From positions 65,210 to 129,209 of the forward strand of contig CAZHWM010000020.1 in the NCBI GenBank assembly GCA_964535935.1: a stretch of DNA of 64,000 nt. The letters run 5' to 3'. Positions 1 through 10,152 of the stretch are shown in pieces. Within the stretch, counting starts at the first letter, position 1. The number at the start of each line of letters is the position of its first letter. Under the pieces are notes generated by a model. That model ran no database searches and was not told the origin of the DNA. It saw only the letters and a program-made list of their open reading frames with translations. This stretch comes from an uncultured Planctomycetales bacterium (GTDB lineage: Bacteria > Omnitrophota > Gorgyraeia > Zapsychrales > Zapsychraceae). The translations under genes and the position numbers were made by a program.

Positions 1-433
1 TTATATCCCAGCCATATGTGTTCATACTTTCTAATATACAAATAACTATAGTATAAGGCTCCTCTCCTGAAGAAGCAGCCGCACACCATATTCTTATCTT
101 CTTATTGCCCACAGCTGACTTTTTTTGTATTATATCTGGCAACCCTTTACTGGAAAAAAAATCAAAATGATCTTTCTCCCTAAAAAAGAAGGTATGATTA
201 GTAGAAATAGCATCCAATAGATATACAAGTTCCTGACCTGTTTTATCATTAATTACATACTCATAATACTCTTTAAACGACTTCAACCCTAATTGCCTAA
301 CCCGTTTCTGAAACCTTGTCCTAACAAGTTCATGTTTATTATCGCCCAAAAAAATACCACTTTTTTTATATATTAACTCTGCAAACAATTTATATTCAGA
401 ATCCTTTAATTCCGGTAATTTATAATATTCCAT
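1..433 (-). CDS. cheR: Chemotaxis protein methyltransferase CheR, N-terminal 144 codons; the C-terminus runs off the left window edge
   Basis: Not in the ORF track because no stop lies in the window. My translation from ATG 433-431: MEYYKLPELKDSEYKLFAELIYKKSGIFLGDNKHELVRTRFQKRVRQLGL...STNHTFFFRE...IRIWCAAASSGEEPYTIVI. This is the CheR N-terminal helical domain plus the start of the SAM-binding fold (SGEEPY motif). It is the last gene of the che cluster. Confidence 0.8.
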   Translation of the reverse strand, partial: MEYYKLPELKDSEYKLFAELIYKKSGIFLGDNKHELVRTRFQKRVRQLGLKSFKEYYEYVINDKTGQELVYLLDAISTNHTFFFREKDHFDFFSSKGLPDIIQKKSAVGNKKIRIWCAAASSGEEPYTIVICILESMNTYGWDI

Positions 434-462
434 AAAATACCTTTCTAAAATTCAGTTTACAA

Positions 463-846
463 TCAATCTATTATTTTCTCAAAATCTTTAACAACCCTTT
501 CTGCATCCGCCACATTAAGGGACAACAACCTTCGCAAACGACCAAAATCTTCTACTTCCATCTCTAAAAATGAAACTCCGTATCCATTATCAGCTTTTCT
601 TACCACCTGTCCTTTTCCACAAATATTAAAACTTGACTCACCCTCATGCAATAATATCTCAAAAGAAAAAATATCATCTTTCTCCAACCGATTTTCTTCA
701 CCCATGACCACAAACGCCCCTTTTAACGACAAATCTCTTATCTTACAAACAAAAGAAATCTTTTCATCTATAGTAATACGCATAGGTTTATCATATACCA
801 ATCGTAACAACCTTCTTCTATCTTTACACAACTTCGTTCTATCCAT
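463..846 (-). CDS. Stand-alone PilZ domain protein (predicted c-di-GMP receptor)
   Basis: 127 aa. PilZ signatures RxxxR (RRLLR) and D/NxSxxG (DLSLKG). 29-nt spacers to both cheA and cheR. Confidence 0.75.
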   Translation of the reverse strand: MDRTKLCKDRRRLLRLVYDKPMRITIDEKISFVCKIRDLSLKGAFVVMGEENRLEKDDIFSFEILLHEGESSFNICGKGQVVRKADNGYGVSFLEMEVEDFGRLRRLLSLNVADAERVVKDFEKIID

Positions 847-875
847 AATCTCCTACCTAATATCCTTCAAATAAT

Positions 876-3629
876 TTAAATTAACTGATGCAAGATTCCA
901 TGTTCTCTAGCTAAAGAAACAATACCATTCACATCCAATATAAGGCCAACCCTGCCATCTCCTAAAATAGCCCCTGCACTTATACCTTTAACATCCTTCA
1001 AGGCATGGCCTAAACTTTTTATTACAACTTGCTGCTGGCCTAAAAGTTCATCTATCACAATAAAAGCACGACCATAATCCGATTCTATCAAACATAGAGT
1101 AGACTTTTCAAAATCATCATATATAGGCCTTACATCAAAATACTCCGCCAAACGTATTACAGGATAAATTCTATCATGCAATTTATATACCTCACCCTTT
1201 CCTACTAAATTAGTTAAGAATTTCTCTTGAGGGTTTATAAATTCTACTACTGAATTAATTGGTAAAATATATCGTTCCACACCTATGGTAAAAATAATAC
1301 CTTCAATTATAGCTAAAGTGATTGGCAAATGTATCGAAAATACCGAACCTTTATCCTTTTCTGTCTCTATCTCGATCTTACCTCTTAGTTGTTCAATATT
1401 TCGTTTTACAACATCCATCCCAACACCCCTACCAGAGATGTCTGAAATTTTATCAGCAGTAGAAAAACCGGGTTCAAAAATCATATTATAAATACGGTTA
1501 TCTGGCAAAGTTTCTCCTTCCTGTATAAGTCCCCGCTCAATAGCCTTTGTTAAAATCTTTTCTTTATTAAGCCCTGCCCCATCATCTTTTATCTCCACGA
1601 TAACATTATCTCCTTTATGATACGCTGCAAGTTCAATTCTTCCTACAGGGGACTTACCTTTCCTTATTCTTTCCTCCTTTTCTTCTATCCCATGGTCAAC
1701 AGAATTACGTACCATATGGATTAAAGGGTCACTTATAAGCTCAACCATATTCTTATCTATCTCTGTATCTTCTCCTGAAAGGATAACCTCTACCTCCTTA
1801 TTGGAACGCCTCGCTAAATCCCTTATTATCCTAAGCATCTTTTGAAATGTAGGCCTAACAGGCACAAGCCTCATACCCATCGCTACTTCCTGCAACAATC
1901 TGGTAATCCTATCAAGCTCAGATAAATCTTTATTCAGTCTCCTATCCTCTATTTCTCTTAAACACGGATTCTGTATAACCTGTGTTTCACTTATAACCAA
2001 CTCCCCAACAAGATCTATTAACAAATCCAATTTATCCACATTTATCTTTATAGAATTTTGAGTTACATTACCCTTCTGTATATCAAGCGCGTGTTTTATG
2101 TCCTTGGCACTTGCCGCATGCATCTCCTGCAAAAGTTCTCCTACCTTTTTATTCGGAGACCTTTTCTGAATCTCTAAGGCCATATCTAACTCATGTGGGG
2201 TAACTCGTTCCTCGTCAATTAATATCTCTCCTACTGGTCTATGAGGGATATCCTTCTTATTCTTATCAGCATTATCCTTTATAATCTTATCAATCGCCTC
2301 AATCTGCTGAGAAATATCATAATATGGGCTTACTAACTTACCATCGTTTGCTATCTGTTCGGCCAACAGCTCTATCAATTTACGTAATCCGTCAATAGAA
2401 GAAAAGGCAATATCAGCTATATCTTTTTCAAATTGCAAAATACCTTTTCTTACTAAGTCAAGCAAACTCTCTGAAGAATGCGCCAATTGTTTAATATCGT
2501 TTAGCTCTAAGAAACCCGCTACACCTTTAATAGTATGAAACGCTCGAAAGATCTTATCTATCGATTCCTTATCCTCCGGGTTCTTTTCCAAAATAAGGAT
2601 AGCCTCCTCAGCAGTATTAAGATGCTCAGATGCCTCAGATATAAACTCAGACAATAATTGCCCTCCATCAGACAAGTCTACTACTGGAGGATGTCCTTGC
2701 CATTCACCTGCTTGAGATCCCACTGGAGAGCTCTCTTTCTTTGCACCATCCTCATCTCCACCTTCTGAATCTACATATACTCTCCTTCCCGACTGACTAT
2801 CTTCGATACCTTCTTTATTTCTCTTCCTTTTATCAAAATCCGACAATACATCAACATCTATCTGACTAACATCTTTGGAAGGATTTAACACATTATCCAA
2901 AATACGTAAAATATCACCAAAATCTTCTGAAAAAGCCGACTCTGTATTACTACTCAAAACTGACAGATAACTTTTTATTATATCTATAATATCTAATAAA
3001 AAACTTGCGATAGTTGAATCAAAGGATATCTTATGAGATCTTACCCTTTCTAACAGATCTTCAACCTTATGCGCCAGTCTTCCCAAATTGGTAAGCCCAA
3101 TTAAATTAGCCTCACCTTTCAGGCTATGGAACGAACGAAATATACGATTAACCAACTCATCATCTCTTGCCTTTTCAAGGGACAGGATATCAGATTCGGT
3201 TTCAGTAAGCAGCGTATTCACATCAGAAATAAACTCTGGTAACATATCAAACTGAACAGCAGACATATTTACTGATACATCATCCACTTCTAAAATAACA
3301 TCAAATTCCCTTTCAAAATTTTTTAAATATCCAGAGACATCTCCACCATGAGCAACATCATGGACTAAATTCTGCAAAAAACTAACAAAAAAGGTGAAAC
3401 CCTCTACGATCTTATTATGCCTATTACCTAAAGATACTATTTTCTCACATCCCTTCCTCAATATACTATTAAAAACCTCTGCTGCAGGATTAACCGACAC
3501 ACATTCTTTACACTCTAAAGCTTTTAATCGATTAACTATAGAATTGAATTCTTCATCAAAGGAGAGGTCTGCTAACGTCAACTCAAGGGCAAGTTGGTTT
3601 AATTTTTGATCTACTTCAGATATGTCCAT
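876..3629 (-). CDS. cheA: Chemotaxis histidine kinase CheA with two Hpt (P1) domains
   Basis: 917 aa. Two Hpt motifs (FRSFHSLKGEANLIGL, FRAFHTIKGVAGFLEL). Dimerisation region (VDKLDLLIDLVGELVI). HATPase motifs (DDGAGLN, GRGVGMDVV). C-terminal CheW-like domain. Confidence 0.95.
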   Translation of the reverse strand: MDISEVDQKLNQLALELTLADLSFDEEFNSIVNRLKALECKECVSVNPAAEVFNSILRKGCEKIVSLGNRHNKIVEGFTFFVSFLQNLVHDVAHGGDVSGYLKNFEREFDVILEVDDVSVNMSAVQFDMLPEFISDVNTLLTETESDILSLEKARDDELVNRIFRSFHSLKGEANLIGLTNLGRLAHKVEDLLERVRSHKISFDSTIASFLLDIIDIIKSYLSVLSSNTESAFSEDFGDILRILDNVLNPSKDVSQIDVDVLSDFDKRKRNKEGIEDSQSGRRVYVDSEGGDEDGAKKESSPVGSQAGEWQGHPPVVDLSDGGQLLSEFISEASEHLNTAEEAILILEKNPEDKESIDKIFRAFHTIKGVAGFLELNDIKQLAHSSESLLDLVRKGILQFEKDIADIAFSSIDGLRKLIELLAEQIANDGKLVSPYYDISQQIEAIDKIIKDNADKNKKDIPHRPVGEILIDEERVTPHELDMALEIQKRSPNKKVGELLQEMHAASAKDIKHALDIQKGNVTQNSIKINVDKLDLLIDLVGELVISETQVIQNPCLREIEDRRLNKDLSELDRITRLLQEVAMGMRLVPVRPTFQKMLRIIRDLARRSNKEVEVILSGEDTEIDKNMVELISDPLIHMVRNSVDHGIEEKEERIRKGKSPVGRIELAAYHKGDNVIVEIKDDGAGLNKEKILTKAIERGLIQEGETLPDNRIYNMIFEPGFSTADKISDISGRGVGMDVVKRNIEQLRGKIEIETEKDKGSVFSIHLPITLAIIEGIIFTIGVERYILPINSVVEFINPQEKFLTNLVGKGEVYKLHDRIYPVIRLAEYFDVRPIYDDFEKSTLCLIESDYGRAFIVIDELLGQQQVVIKSLGHALKDVKGISAGAILGDGRVGLILDVNGIVSLAREHGILHQLI

Positions 3630-3773
3630 AACAAATAAGAGAATCTTATAATTCTTGAAAGGTATATTAGATCTAAAAAATAATTATTCCTGAATAATGT
3701 AAAATCTTATAAAATACAACCAAACAGCTTAACTTTATATCACCTATCTCGAAAAAATCTTAACAGACAGACT

Positions 3774-4319
3774 CTATTCTACTGATTGCATATTGTCCAT
3801 TGCAGACAAATCCTCCATCAAGATTTTATCTATGTTCAACAATATTTTAACCGCTTCACCAACCTTACCTATCCCCAAAATATAATCTGTCTTGCCTGCA
3901 ACACCACTGCTTGGAGGAGGTTCTATATTCTCCTGTTCTATATCCAAGACCTCCAAAACTTTATCAATAATAATACCTATAAGCACCCCATTAAGATTTA
4001 CAACAACAATACATGTCTCTGATGTATACTCTATCTCCTCCATCCCAAACTTCAACCTCAGGCTAATCACAGGAATAACCTTACCTCTCAAATTGATAAC
4101 ACCTTTAACATACTCCGGTACCTGAGGCACAGAAGTAATCTCCATTATCCCTATAATCTCCATGACCTTTAATATCTCAAGGCCATATTCCTCCTTACCC
4201 AAGGCAAAGGTAAGATATTTGCCTGCAAGTGCAAGCGTATGTCTCTCTCCTAAGGTATGCTGTCCAGCATCCTGAGATTCTGCCGTAACTTGCTTTTGTT
4301 CAACATCTTTCTCAGACAT
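3774..4319 (-). CDS. cheW: Chemotaxis coupling protein CheW
   Basis: 181 aa. Typical CheW core (LTFALGKEEYGLEILKVMEI...VINLRGKVIPVISLRLKFG). Strong SD (aggaggg) 5 nt upstream of the ATG. Confidence 0.9.
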   Translation of the reverse strand: MSEKDVEQKQVTAESQDAGQHTLGERHTLALAGKYLTFALGKEEYGLEILKVMEIIGIMEITSVPQVPEYVKGVINLRGKVIPVISLRLKFGMEEIEYTSETCIVVVNLNGVLIGIIIDKVLEVLDIEQENIEPPPSSGVAGKTDYILGIGKVGEAVKILLNIDKILMEDLSAMDNMQSVE

Positions 4320-4420
4320 TTCATCCCTCCTAAATAAAGACGATCATTATCTTACAAATTACAAACCTATAAAACTTATAGGATATCTTCCCTTCTTGAA
4401 AAAAATATATATAAACAAAA

Positions 4421-4460
4421 ATTCATAGTGCTCCTTTTTATTAAGAGGAGCACTATGAAT
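4421..4460 (-). terminator. Rho-independent terminator-like hairpin between the MCP gene and cheW
   Basis: Perfect 14-bp inverted repeat attcatagtgctcc / ggagcactatgaat with a 12-nt loop, starting 21 nt after the MCP stop. On the minus strand it is followed by ttttgtttatatatatttttttc. Confidence 0.55.
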
Positions 4461-4480
4461 TAGACTTCTCATGAATCTAA

Positions 4481-7438
4481 TTAAAAATCCCCAAAGTCCT
4501 GAGAATCATCGTCATCAAAAGGGATAATGTCCTCCGCCTTAGCAGAAACTGCACCCGTGGTCTTCTGTGTACCTGTTCCAGCAGAAGATACTGTAGAAGC
4601 CCCTAAATTAGAGTGATGCATCTTTTTTCTGGAAGATGAATTAGCCCTCCTATGCAACTCTCCTGTTGTCCCTCCTACTATCCTCTGTAGCTCTATTATC
4701 ATATCCTTCAATTTATCTGCCTGAGATGACAACTCTTCAGCAGCAGCAGCAGACTCCTCTGCAGTAGCAGCATTCTGTTGAGTTACCTGATCCATCTGAC
4801 TTACCGCATTGGTAATCTGGGCAATGCCTTCTGCCTGTTCCTTACTGGCTGCTGCTATCTCAGCAACTATATCAGCAACCTTCTTTGACCCTTCTATTAT
4901 CTCACTTAATGCCTCACCTGCCTTTTTAGATATATCAGATCCTTCTTTTGTCCTATTAGTACTCTCCTCTATTAACTGAGCAGTATCTTTGGCTGCAACC
5001 CCTGCCCTTTGTGCCAGATTACGCACCTCCTCAGCAACAACAGCAAACCCCTTGCCATGTTCACCAGCACGTGCAGCCTCTACTGCCGCATTTAATGCTA
5101 ATAGATTTGTCTGAAATGCTATCTCCTCAATGGTCTTAATAATCTTACTTACCTTTTCTGAAGATTCTGTAATACCGATCATGGCATTCTGAAGCTCCTT
5201 CATTGCCTGATCACCTCTCTCAGCTGAATTCCTTGCCTCAGTTGCCATCTGATTTGCCTTACCTGCATTATCTGCATTTGATTTTGTCATAGAAGATATC
5301 TCATCAAGCGAACTCGAAGTCTCCTCAAGAGAAGATGCCTGTTCTGTCGTCCCCTGAGACAACTGTTGTGCAGAACTAGAAACCTGTCCTGCTGCCTCGC
5401 TAGTCTGATCTGAGCTGGCGATCAAACCTTCTATTACCTTATTAAGCACAACAATAATCCCTCTTGCAATAAAAAATGCTGTAGCTACCCCTAAAATCAC
5501 AGAAAGCAAAGAGATTATAATAATAAGAGCCTCAGTCCGGTTACCCACAGAAAAAGATGAATCATTAGATTTCTTTACTACTGCCCCTACCTTATCAATT
5601 GCCTCATGCAATAACTTCAACGTCTTTTCCATGTTAGGCTTTGTCTTTGTTGTAAAAATGTCACTTGCCTTATCCATCCCCGCTACTCTATGTAATGCCT
5701 CTAAGTGCAATTTATCTAAAAGACTAACTGTCTTGTGTAAAAGAGGTAATGTCTCACCAATAAAAACATCTCTTGCCTTTTGCAGAGACTCCCGTGCCTT
5801 TACTTCTTTTATTAAAGATTTATAATATTTATCTGAAATATCATCAAATTCTACCAATTTCGCCCTTATCTTTCTTGCAACATCCCTCATTGATGACTCT
5901 TTGCTTACAAGAGAAAGCCATCCAGTTACCCCATCTTTAAACTTTCTATACTTTTCTTCATACCGATTCCATTCCTCATCTGTATACTTTTCTTTTAACT
6001 TCTGTCCCTCAATCCTAACTAATAAAAACGGTTGTATAACATCCTCATTCATATTCATATCTATCTCACTCCACTTAGCCAGAGCAGCTATGTTCTGATT
6101 TTTTTCTGCCCTTTCTTTTGCAGGGTCAATAACATCTTCCATAGCAGTCTCTAATAAAGAAAAAAATTCTTGTGCAGTCTTCTCCCAAAGTTGGGTTACC
6201 TCTTCTTGTTCCTTTTGCGCCTCTGCTAATTCCTTAAATGCAATATGCTTTTCTATCTCCAAAGCAGATTTATGCATCTGTTCGTGCACCTTCAACATCT
6301 CATCCCAATCCTTACGAAATTCCGCGCTACCTGTCTCATATGCCTTCTTAGCCTGCTCAGTCTGTAACCATTTCCCAAGTGCACATTTATTAGGGTCTGT
6401 TTCTACATTCAATTTTTCAGATTTGTTTAAAAAACAATCCCTAATCTTATCTGCCCATATCAAATGATCTATCTTTCGTTCTAACAATATAGATGGAAAT
6501 TCTTCATCTGCTGGTTCAAAATATTTTTTTATCTCCTTCGCGGATGTATATACAGTATGCTGATACCCCTCTATTTCTTTAAATATGGGAATAAGTTCAG
6601 GGATCTCTTTTTCTGCCTCTTTTCTATCGTTTCCATATAACCACTTACCAAAATAACTCTGTCTATCATCAGTTTGAACATGCAGCTCTGTAACATTATC
6701 ATTTGTTAACAATTCATCTACTTGATTAAGCCAATCCCACTGAGCAAGCTCATTTTTCATTAAACTAGAATATAAATTATTCATCTTTATCGTATATTTT
6801 ATATTATTTCCTAAACGGGTAATGCCAAAATAACTTATTCCTCCTACCAAAACAAGCAACACCAAGACAATCCCAAAACCAAGAGCCATTTTTTGCCCTA
6901 AACTCAAGTTTTTCATAGTCCCTCCTTTTAATAAAAAACTAATCCCTAAGAAAATTATACTTATAATTAAAAGGCCACCAATTAGTGACCACATATACCT
7001 CCTCTTCTCTTCTTCCTGTTTCTTCAACCTCTCTTTTTTTAATCTGAACTCCTCTGCCTCTCTTAGTCTTTGCCAATGTTCTTTTTCCAAACGTTCCTGC
7101 TCAAGGCGCTGCTGCTCAAGCCGCTGTTTTTCCAAACGTTCCTGTTCAAGGCGCTGCTGCTCAAGCTGCTGTTTTTCCAACTCATTCTTATTAACCTGTT
7201 CCTTCTTTGATTTCTTTGATATCTCATCATTATCACTGTTATCTTTTTTTATAACTGCCTGACCAACTTCAACCTTAGCCGACTCCTGTGGCAACTCCAC
7301 AGCTGTATCCACAGTAGTAGTTCCTGTTGGCTCATCTGAGGCATCCTCTGCAACTACCACTGATGCAGTGAACAATAAAACTCCTATAACAAACCAAGCA
7401 AATCTACAATAATACCTAATATTCAACATCCCCCTCAC
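4481..7438 (-). CDS. Methyl-accepting chemotaxis protein. Long form starts at GTG 7438 or ATG 7429; probable canonical start is ATG 6916
   Basis: C-terminal MCP signalling domain ([39 protein letters not shown]). Two TM segments flank a roughly 430-aa sensor region with CZB motifs. Internal [21 protein letters not shown] is a typical MCP N-terminus preceded by aaggaggg. Confidence 0.9.
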   Translation of the reverse strand: MRGMLNIRYYCRFAWFVIGVLLFTASVVVAEDASDEPTGTTTVDTAVELPQESAKVEVGQAVIKKDNSDNDEISKKSKKEQVNKNELEKQQLEQQRLEQERLEKQRLEQQRLEQERLEKEHWQRLREAEEFRLKKERLKKQEEEKRRYMWSLIGGLLIISIIFLGISFLLKGGTMKNLSLGQKMALGFGIVLVLLVLVGGISYFGITRLGNNIKYTIKMNNLYSSLMKNELAQWDWLNQVDELLTNDNVTELHVQTDDRQSYFGKWLYGNDRKEAEKEIPELIPIFKEIEGYQHTVYTSAKEIKKYFEPADEEFPSILLERKIDHLIWADKIRDCFLNKSEKLNVETDPNKCALGKWLQTEQAKKAYETGSAEFRKDWDEMLKVHEQMHKSALEIEKHIAFKELAEAQKEQEEVTQLWEKTAQEFFSLLETAMEDVIDPAKERAEKNQNIAALAKWSEIDMNMNEDVIQPFLLVRIEGQKLKEKYTDEEWNRYEEKYRKFKDGVTGWLSLVSKESSMRDVARKIRAKLVEFDDISDKYYKSLIKEVKARESLQKARDVFIGETLPLLHKTVSLLDKLHLEALHRVAGMDKASDIFTTKTKPNMEKTLKLLHEAIDKVGAVVKKSNDSSFSVGNRTEALIIIISLLSVILGVATAFFIARGIIVVLNKVIEGLIASSDQTSEAAGQVSSSAQQLSQGTTEQASSLEETSSSLDEISSMTKSNADNAGKANQMATEARNSAERGDQAMKELQNAMIGITESSEKVSKIIKTIEEIAFQTNLLALNAAVEAARAGEHGKGFAVVAEEVRNLAQRAGVAAKDTAQLIEESTNRTKEGSDISKKAGEALSEIIEGSKKVADIVAEIAAASKEQAEGIAQITNAVSQMDQVTQQNAATAEESAAAAEELSSQADKLKDMIIELQRIVGGTTGELHRRANSSSRKKMHHSNLGASTVSSAGTGTQKTTGAVSAKAEDIIPFDDDDSQDFGDF
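7082..7181. repeat. 45-bp tandem repeat, 2 copies plus a 10-nt partial third, inside the MCP N-terminal extension
   Basis: 7082-7126 and 7127-7171 differ at 2 positions by my alignment (tttttccaaacgttcctgYtcaaggcgctgctgctcaagcYgctg). Encodes the [15 protein letters not shown]-type 15-aa repeat. Confidence 0.8.
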
Positions 7439-7569
7439 TCTAATTAAAAATATCAGAACCTCTTACTATTCAACCTGTTAATACAACAATTAATTCTACT
7501 GCTAAAAAAAACTTTTGCAAGATTTTTTCCGGGAAATATCAAAATATACCAGAATAAAGCGAAATAAGG

Positions 7570-8454
7570 TCAGTCATAGTAGGACAGTCTGGCACAGCGG
7601 ATTAACAAATTTCTATAATATTTTACTTCATCCACCTTGCCTCGCTTTGCTGCACCATTTACATAAATATCCACCTTTTTCTTTAACTCTGCATAAGTCA
7701 ACGCATAATCTCTAGCATTAAGTCTGCCACTAAAAAGTATTTTTTCTAATGCCTTTATCCTGAACCTATCCAAACCCCATACCCTAAAAGAAAGCTGGTC
7801 ATCCCTGCCTCCATCTTTGATGGTAAGAGATTTATCTATAAGCATTACCTCAAATTCATGAGTGGCTCTGAGCCAGAATTCATAATCCTCACATGCCTCG
7901 AAATCCTCATCGAAATTTCCCACAGCATCAAACACACTTTTATGGATAACTGCCGTTGATATACTAATACAACATAATTCTAATGCGCGCTGATATACGT
8001 AACCTGTTGGTTTCCTATGCCGTTTCTTTTGGTTTAATAATTCCCCTCTACGAAACCATACTTCCTGCGTGTGAAATATCTTGCAATTTGGGTGTTTCTC
8101 TATATATTGAGATACTATCTCAAGTTTATCTTCTGTCCATCTATCATCTGAATCAAGGAATGCAATCCATTCCCCTCTGGCAATATCAAGGCCTCTATTA
8201 CGTGCATAGGCAACCCCCTTATTTTCTTGATATATATATATCAATCTCTCATCTCTAATAGATGCAACCAAGTCTCTGGTCCCATCGATTGAACCGTCAT
8301 CAACAACAATAAGTTCATAATTATTAAATCTCTGGGTAAGTACAGAATGGATGGCTATATTAAGAAAATCTTTTCTGTTATATGTAGGGATTATAATAGA
8401 GAAAAAGGAAAGCCCTTTTGGTTCATTTTTTCTCTGCATATATATATATGTCAT
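7570..8454 (-). CDS. Family 2 glycosyltransferase
   Basis: FSIIIPTYNRKDFLNIAIHSVLTQRFNNYELIVVDDGSIDGT and FLDSDD (DxD) motifs. Confidence 0.85.
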   Translation of the reverse strand: MTYIYMQRKNEPKGLSFFSIIIPTYNRKDFLNIAIHSVLTQRFNNYELIVVDDGSIDGTRDLVASIRDERLIYIYQENKGVAYARNRGLDIARGEWIAFLDSDDRWTEDKLEIVSQYIEKHPNCKIFHTQEVWFRRGELLNQKKRHRKPTGYVYQRALELCCISISTAVIHKSVFDAVGNFDEDFEACEDYEFWLRATHEFEVMLIDKSLTIKDGGRDDQLSFRVWGLDRFRIKALEKILFSGRLNARDYALTYAELKKKVDIYVNGAAKRGKVDEVKYYRNLLIRCARLSYYD

Positions 8455-9127
8455 TTAAAAATGGTATCTTAGACAAACCTGTAAAATTCCATATTTTCCC
8501 CAATGTAGTAAAGGCATATACAAAAGGATTTCCATGCCTATAGACTTTTATATTTTTATACCCTTTTGATAGTATATAACAAAGTCTTCGTACGGATATA
8601 TTTAACATTCCTTTCTCTGCATGCCAGCTTCCCCTAAGGAGATGATAAATAATATAAAAAAACTCATAGTAAACCGGTTCTGCACCAAAAAGAATTACCC
8701 CATCACTATGAAGAGATTTAAGTAGGTTATCAAAAAAAAACTCCAGATTGTCCAAATGATGCAATATAGCAGTCCCATATATTAAATCGAATTTACCACT
8801 AATATGTAAATCCGATGCATCATCCACCTCAACATCCAGCCCTAATGATTTAGCGGTCTCCACATTTTTTTCACTTATGTCAATACCTTTATATTCGCAT
8901 CCATTAAATCTGTGTGCCATTTTATGCATTAAAAGTCCTTCTCCAACACCCAACTCAAGTAATTTATCACCTTCTTTGGGTTTCTTATGCTCTTCAAGAA
9001 TGGAAACTAATTTTTCAAAATAAAAATTTCTTATATTAAACTCCATCGCCTTTGAGGCGAGTTTCTTAAACTGCCTGTCATAAAAATTTTTCTGTAAAAC
9101 AGTATTATGTCTTCCCAGCATATTCAT
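8423..9127 (-). CDS. Class I SAM-dependent methyltransferase
   Basis: Motif I LLELGVGEGLL, IDIS, DLIYGTAILHHL. Overlaps the downstream GT2 gene by 32 nt. Confidence 0.75.
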   Translation of the reverse strand: MNMLGRHNTVLQKNFYDRQFKKLASKAMEFNIRNFYFEKLVSILEEHKKPKEGDKLLELGVGEGLLMHKMAHRFNGCEYKGIDISEKNVETAKSLGLDVEVDDASDLHISGKFDLIYGTAILHHLDNLEFFFDNLLKSLHSDGVILFGAEPVYYEFFYIIYHLLRGSWHAEKGMLNISVRRLCYILSKGYKNIKVYRHGNPFVYAFTTLGKIWNFTGLSKIPFLNDIYIYAEKK

Positions 9128-9305
9128 CCCCTAGAAAAGATAACCTCGGCTGAAACAACATTACATTCCTAAAATAACAAGAACAAAAAATACAAAAATG
9201 TAGTTAACCTATATAATATATGGTATCCATCCCTAAACTGACTGTCAAGGGAGTTTCAAGGTTAATTACTTGTGTATAGTCCAAATAAGAGATACAATAA
9301 CATTT

Positions 9306-10052
9306 ATGCGAAAAATTATATATAAAATACAAGGTCTCTTATTAGGCATAATATTTGCGTTAGACTACGGTTACTGTTATGCCAACAACTCTACTATTGA
9401 TACAATACTTAAGTCAGAGAAATCCGTTGTTGGCATAACAGCCTTAAAAACAGAAATACGAAAGTCGCCTAGGGTCTCTGCCGCTATTGTTCCTGCTGCC
9501 GGGAAGATATTAATAGGCAGGAAAATACGGACAGCATACGAAGTAAAACAAGGGGCAGGAGTTATAGTATCAAATGACGGGCTAATCGTAACCAACTTTC
9601 ATACTATCAGGATGGCACGTATAATAAAAGTAAAATTACCAGACCATAAAGTAGTTAATGCCCGCATCATACATATAATGCCAGAAAACGATCTTGCCCT
9701 GATAAAGGTCCCCTCCTCTCTTTCTCTTATACCTATAAAATTTGCCAATTCTGATACCGTTAATATCGGAGAAAGGGTATTTAATATAGGCCATTCTGCC
9801 TTATTAAATCACACAATATCCGAAGGAATAGTTACAGGTCTCGGAATAGAACCATCAGCAAACGGTAAAAAATCTATTGAATTAATAAAGGTCAATATCG
9901 ATATATATAAAGGAGACAGCGGTGGCCCTCTGCTTAATGAACAAGGCCTTTTAATCGGGATGATGGCTGCAAAAATAAAAAATCGTTATCATGCAAGCCT
10001 AGCAATTCCTTCTAATAAAATAAAAAAACTTTTTATGGATTTTATGCAATAA
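9306..10052 (+). CDS. Trypsin-like (S1) serine protease with signal/TM segment and no PDZ domain
   Basis: Catalytic triad contexts VTNFHTI, NDLALIKV, GDSGGPLLN. The track ORF starts at TTG 9270; ATG 9306 (MRKIIYK...) is the more likely start. Confidence 0.8.
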   Translation: MRKIIYKIQGLLLGIIFALDYGYCYANNSTIDTILKSEKSVVGITALKTEIRKSPRVSAAIVPAAGKILIGRKIRTAYEVKQGAGVIVSNDGLIVTNFHTIRMARIIKVKLPDHKVVNARIIHIMPENDLALIKVPSSLSLIPIKFANSDTVNIGERVFNIGHSALLNHTISEGIVTGLGIEPSANGKKSIELIKVNIDIYKGDSGGPLLNEQGLLIGMMAAKIKNRYHASLAIPSNKIKKLFMDFMQ

Positions 10053-10100
10053 CTCTATATATTGATATTTAATCCTATTATTTGTTATATCTCTACATTC

Positions 10101-10129
10101 TGCACAATTTAACAAGGTTAAATTGTGCA
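10101..10129. repeat. Palindromic intergenic element, short form (copy A)
   Basis: tgcacaatttaac-aag-gttaaattgtgca: perfect 13-bp stem, 3-nt loop, 49 nt after the protease stop. Shares the ctgcacaattYaac / aacaaggtt core with copies at 12694, 51854 and 53001. Confidence 0.7.
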
Positions 10130-10152
10130 ATAAGTAATAAACGCCAAAAAAT

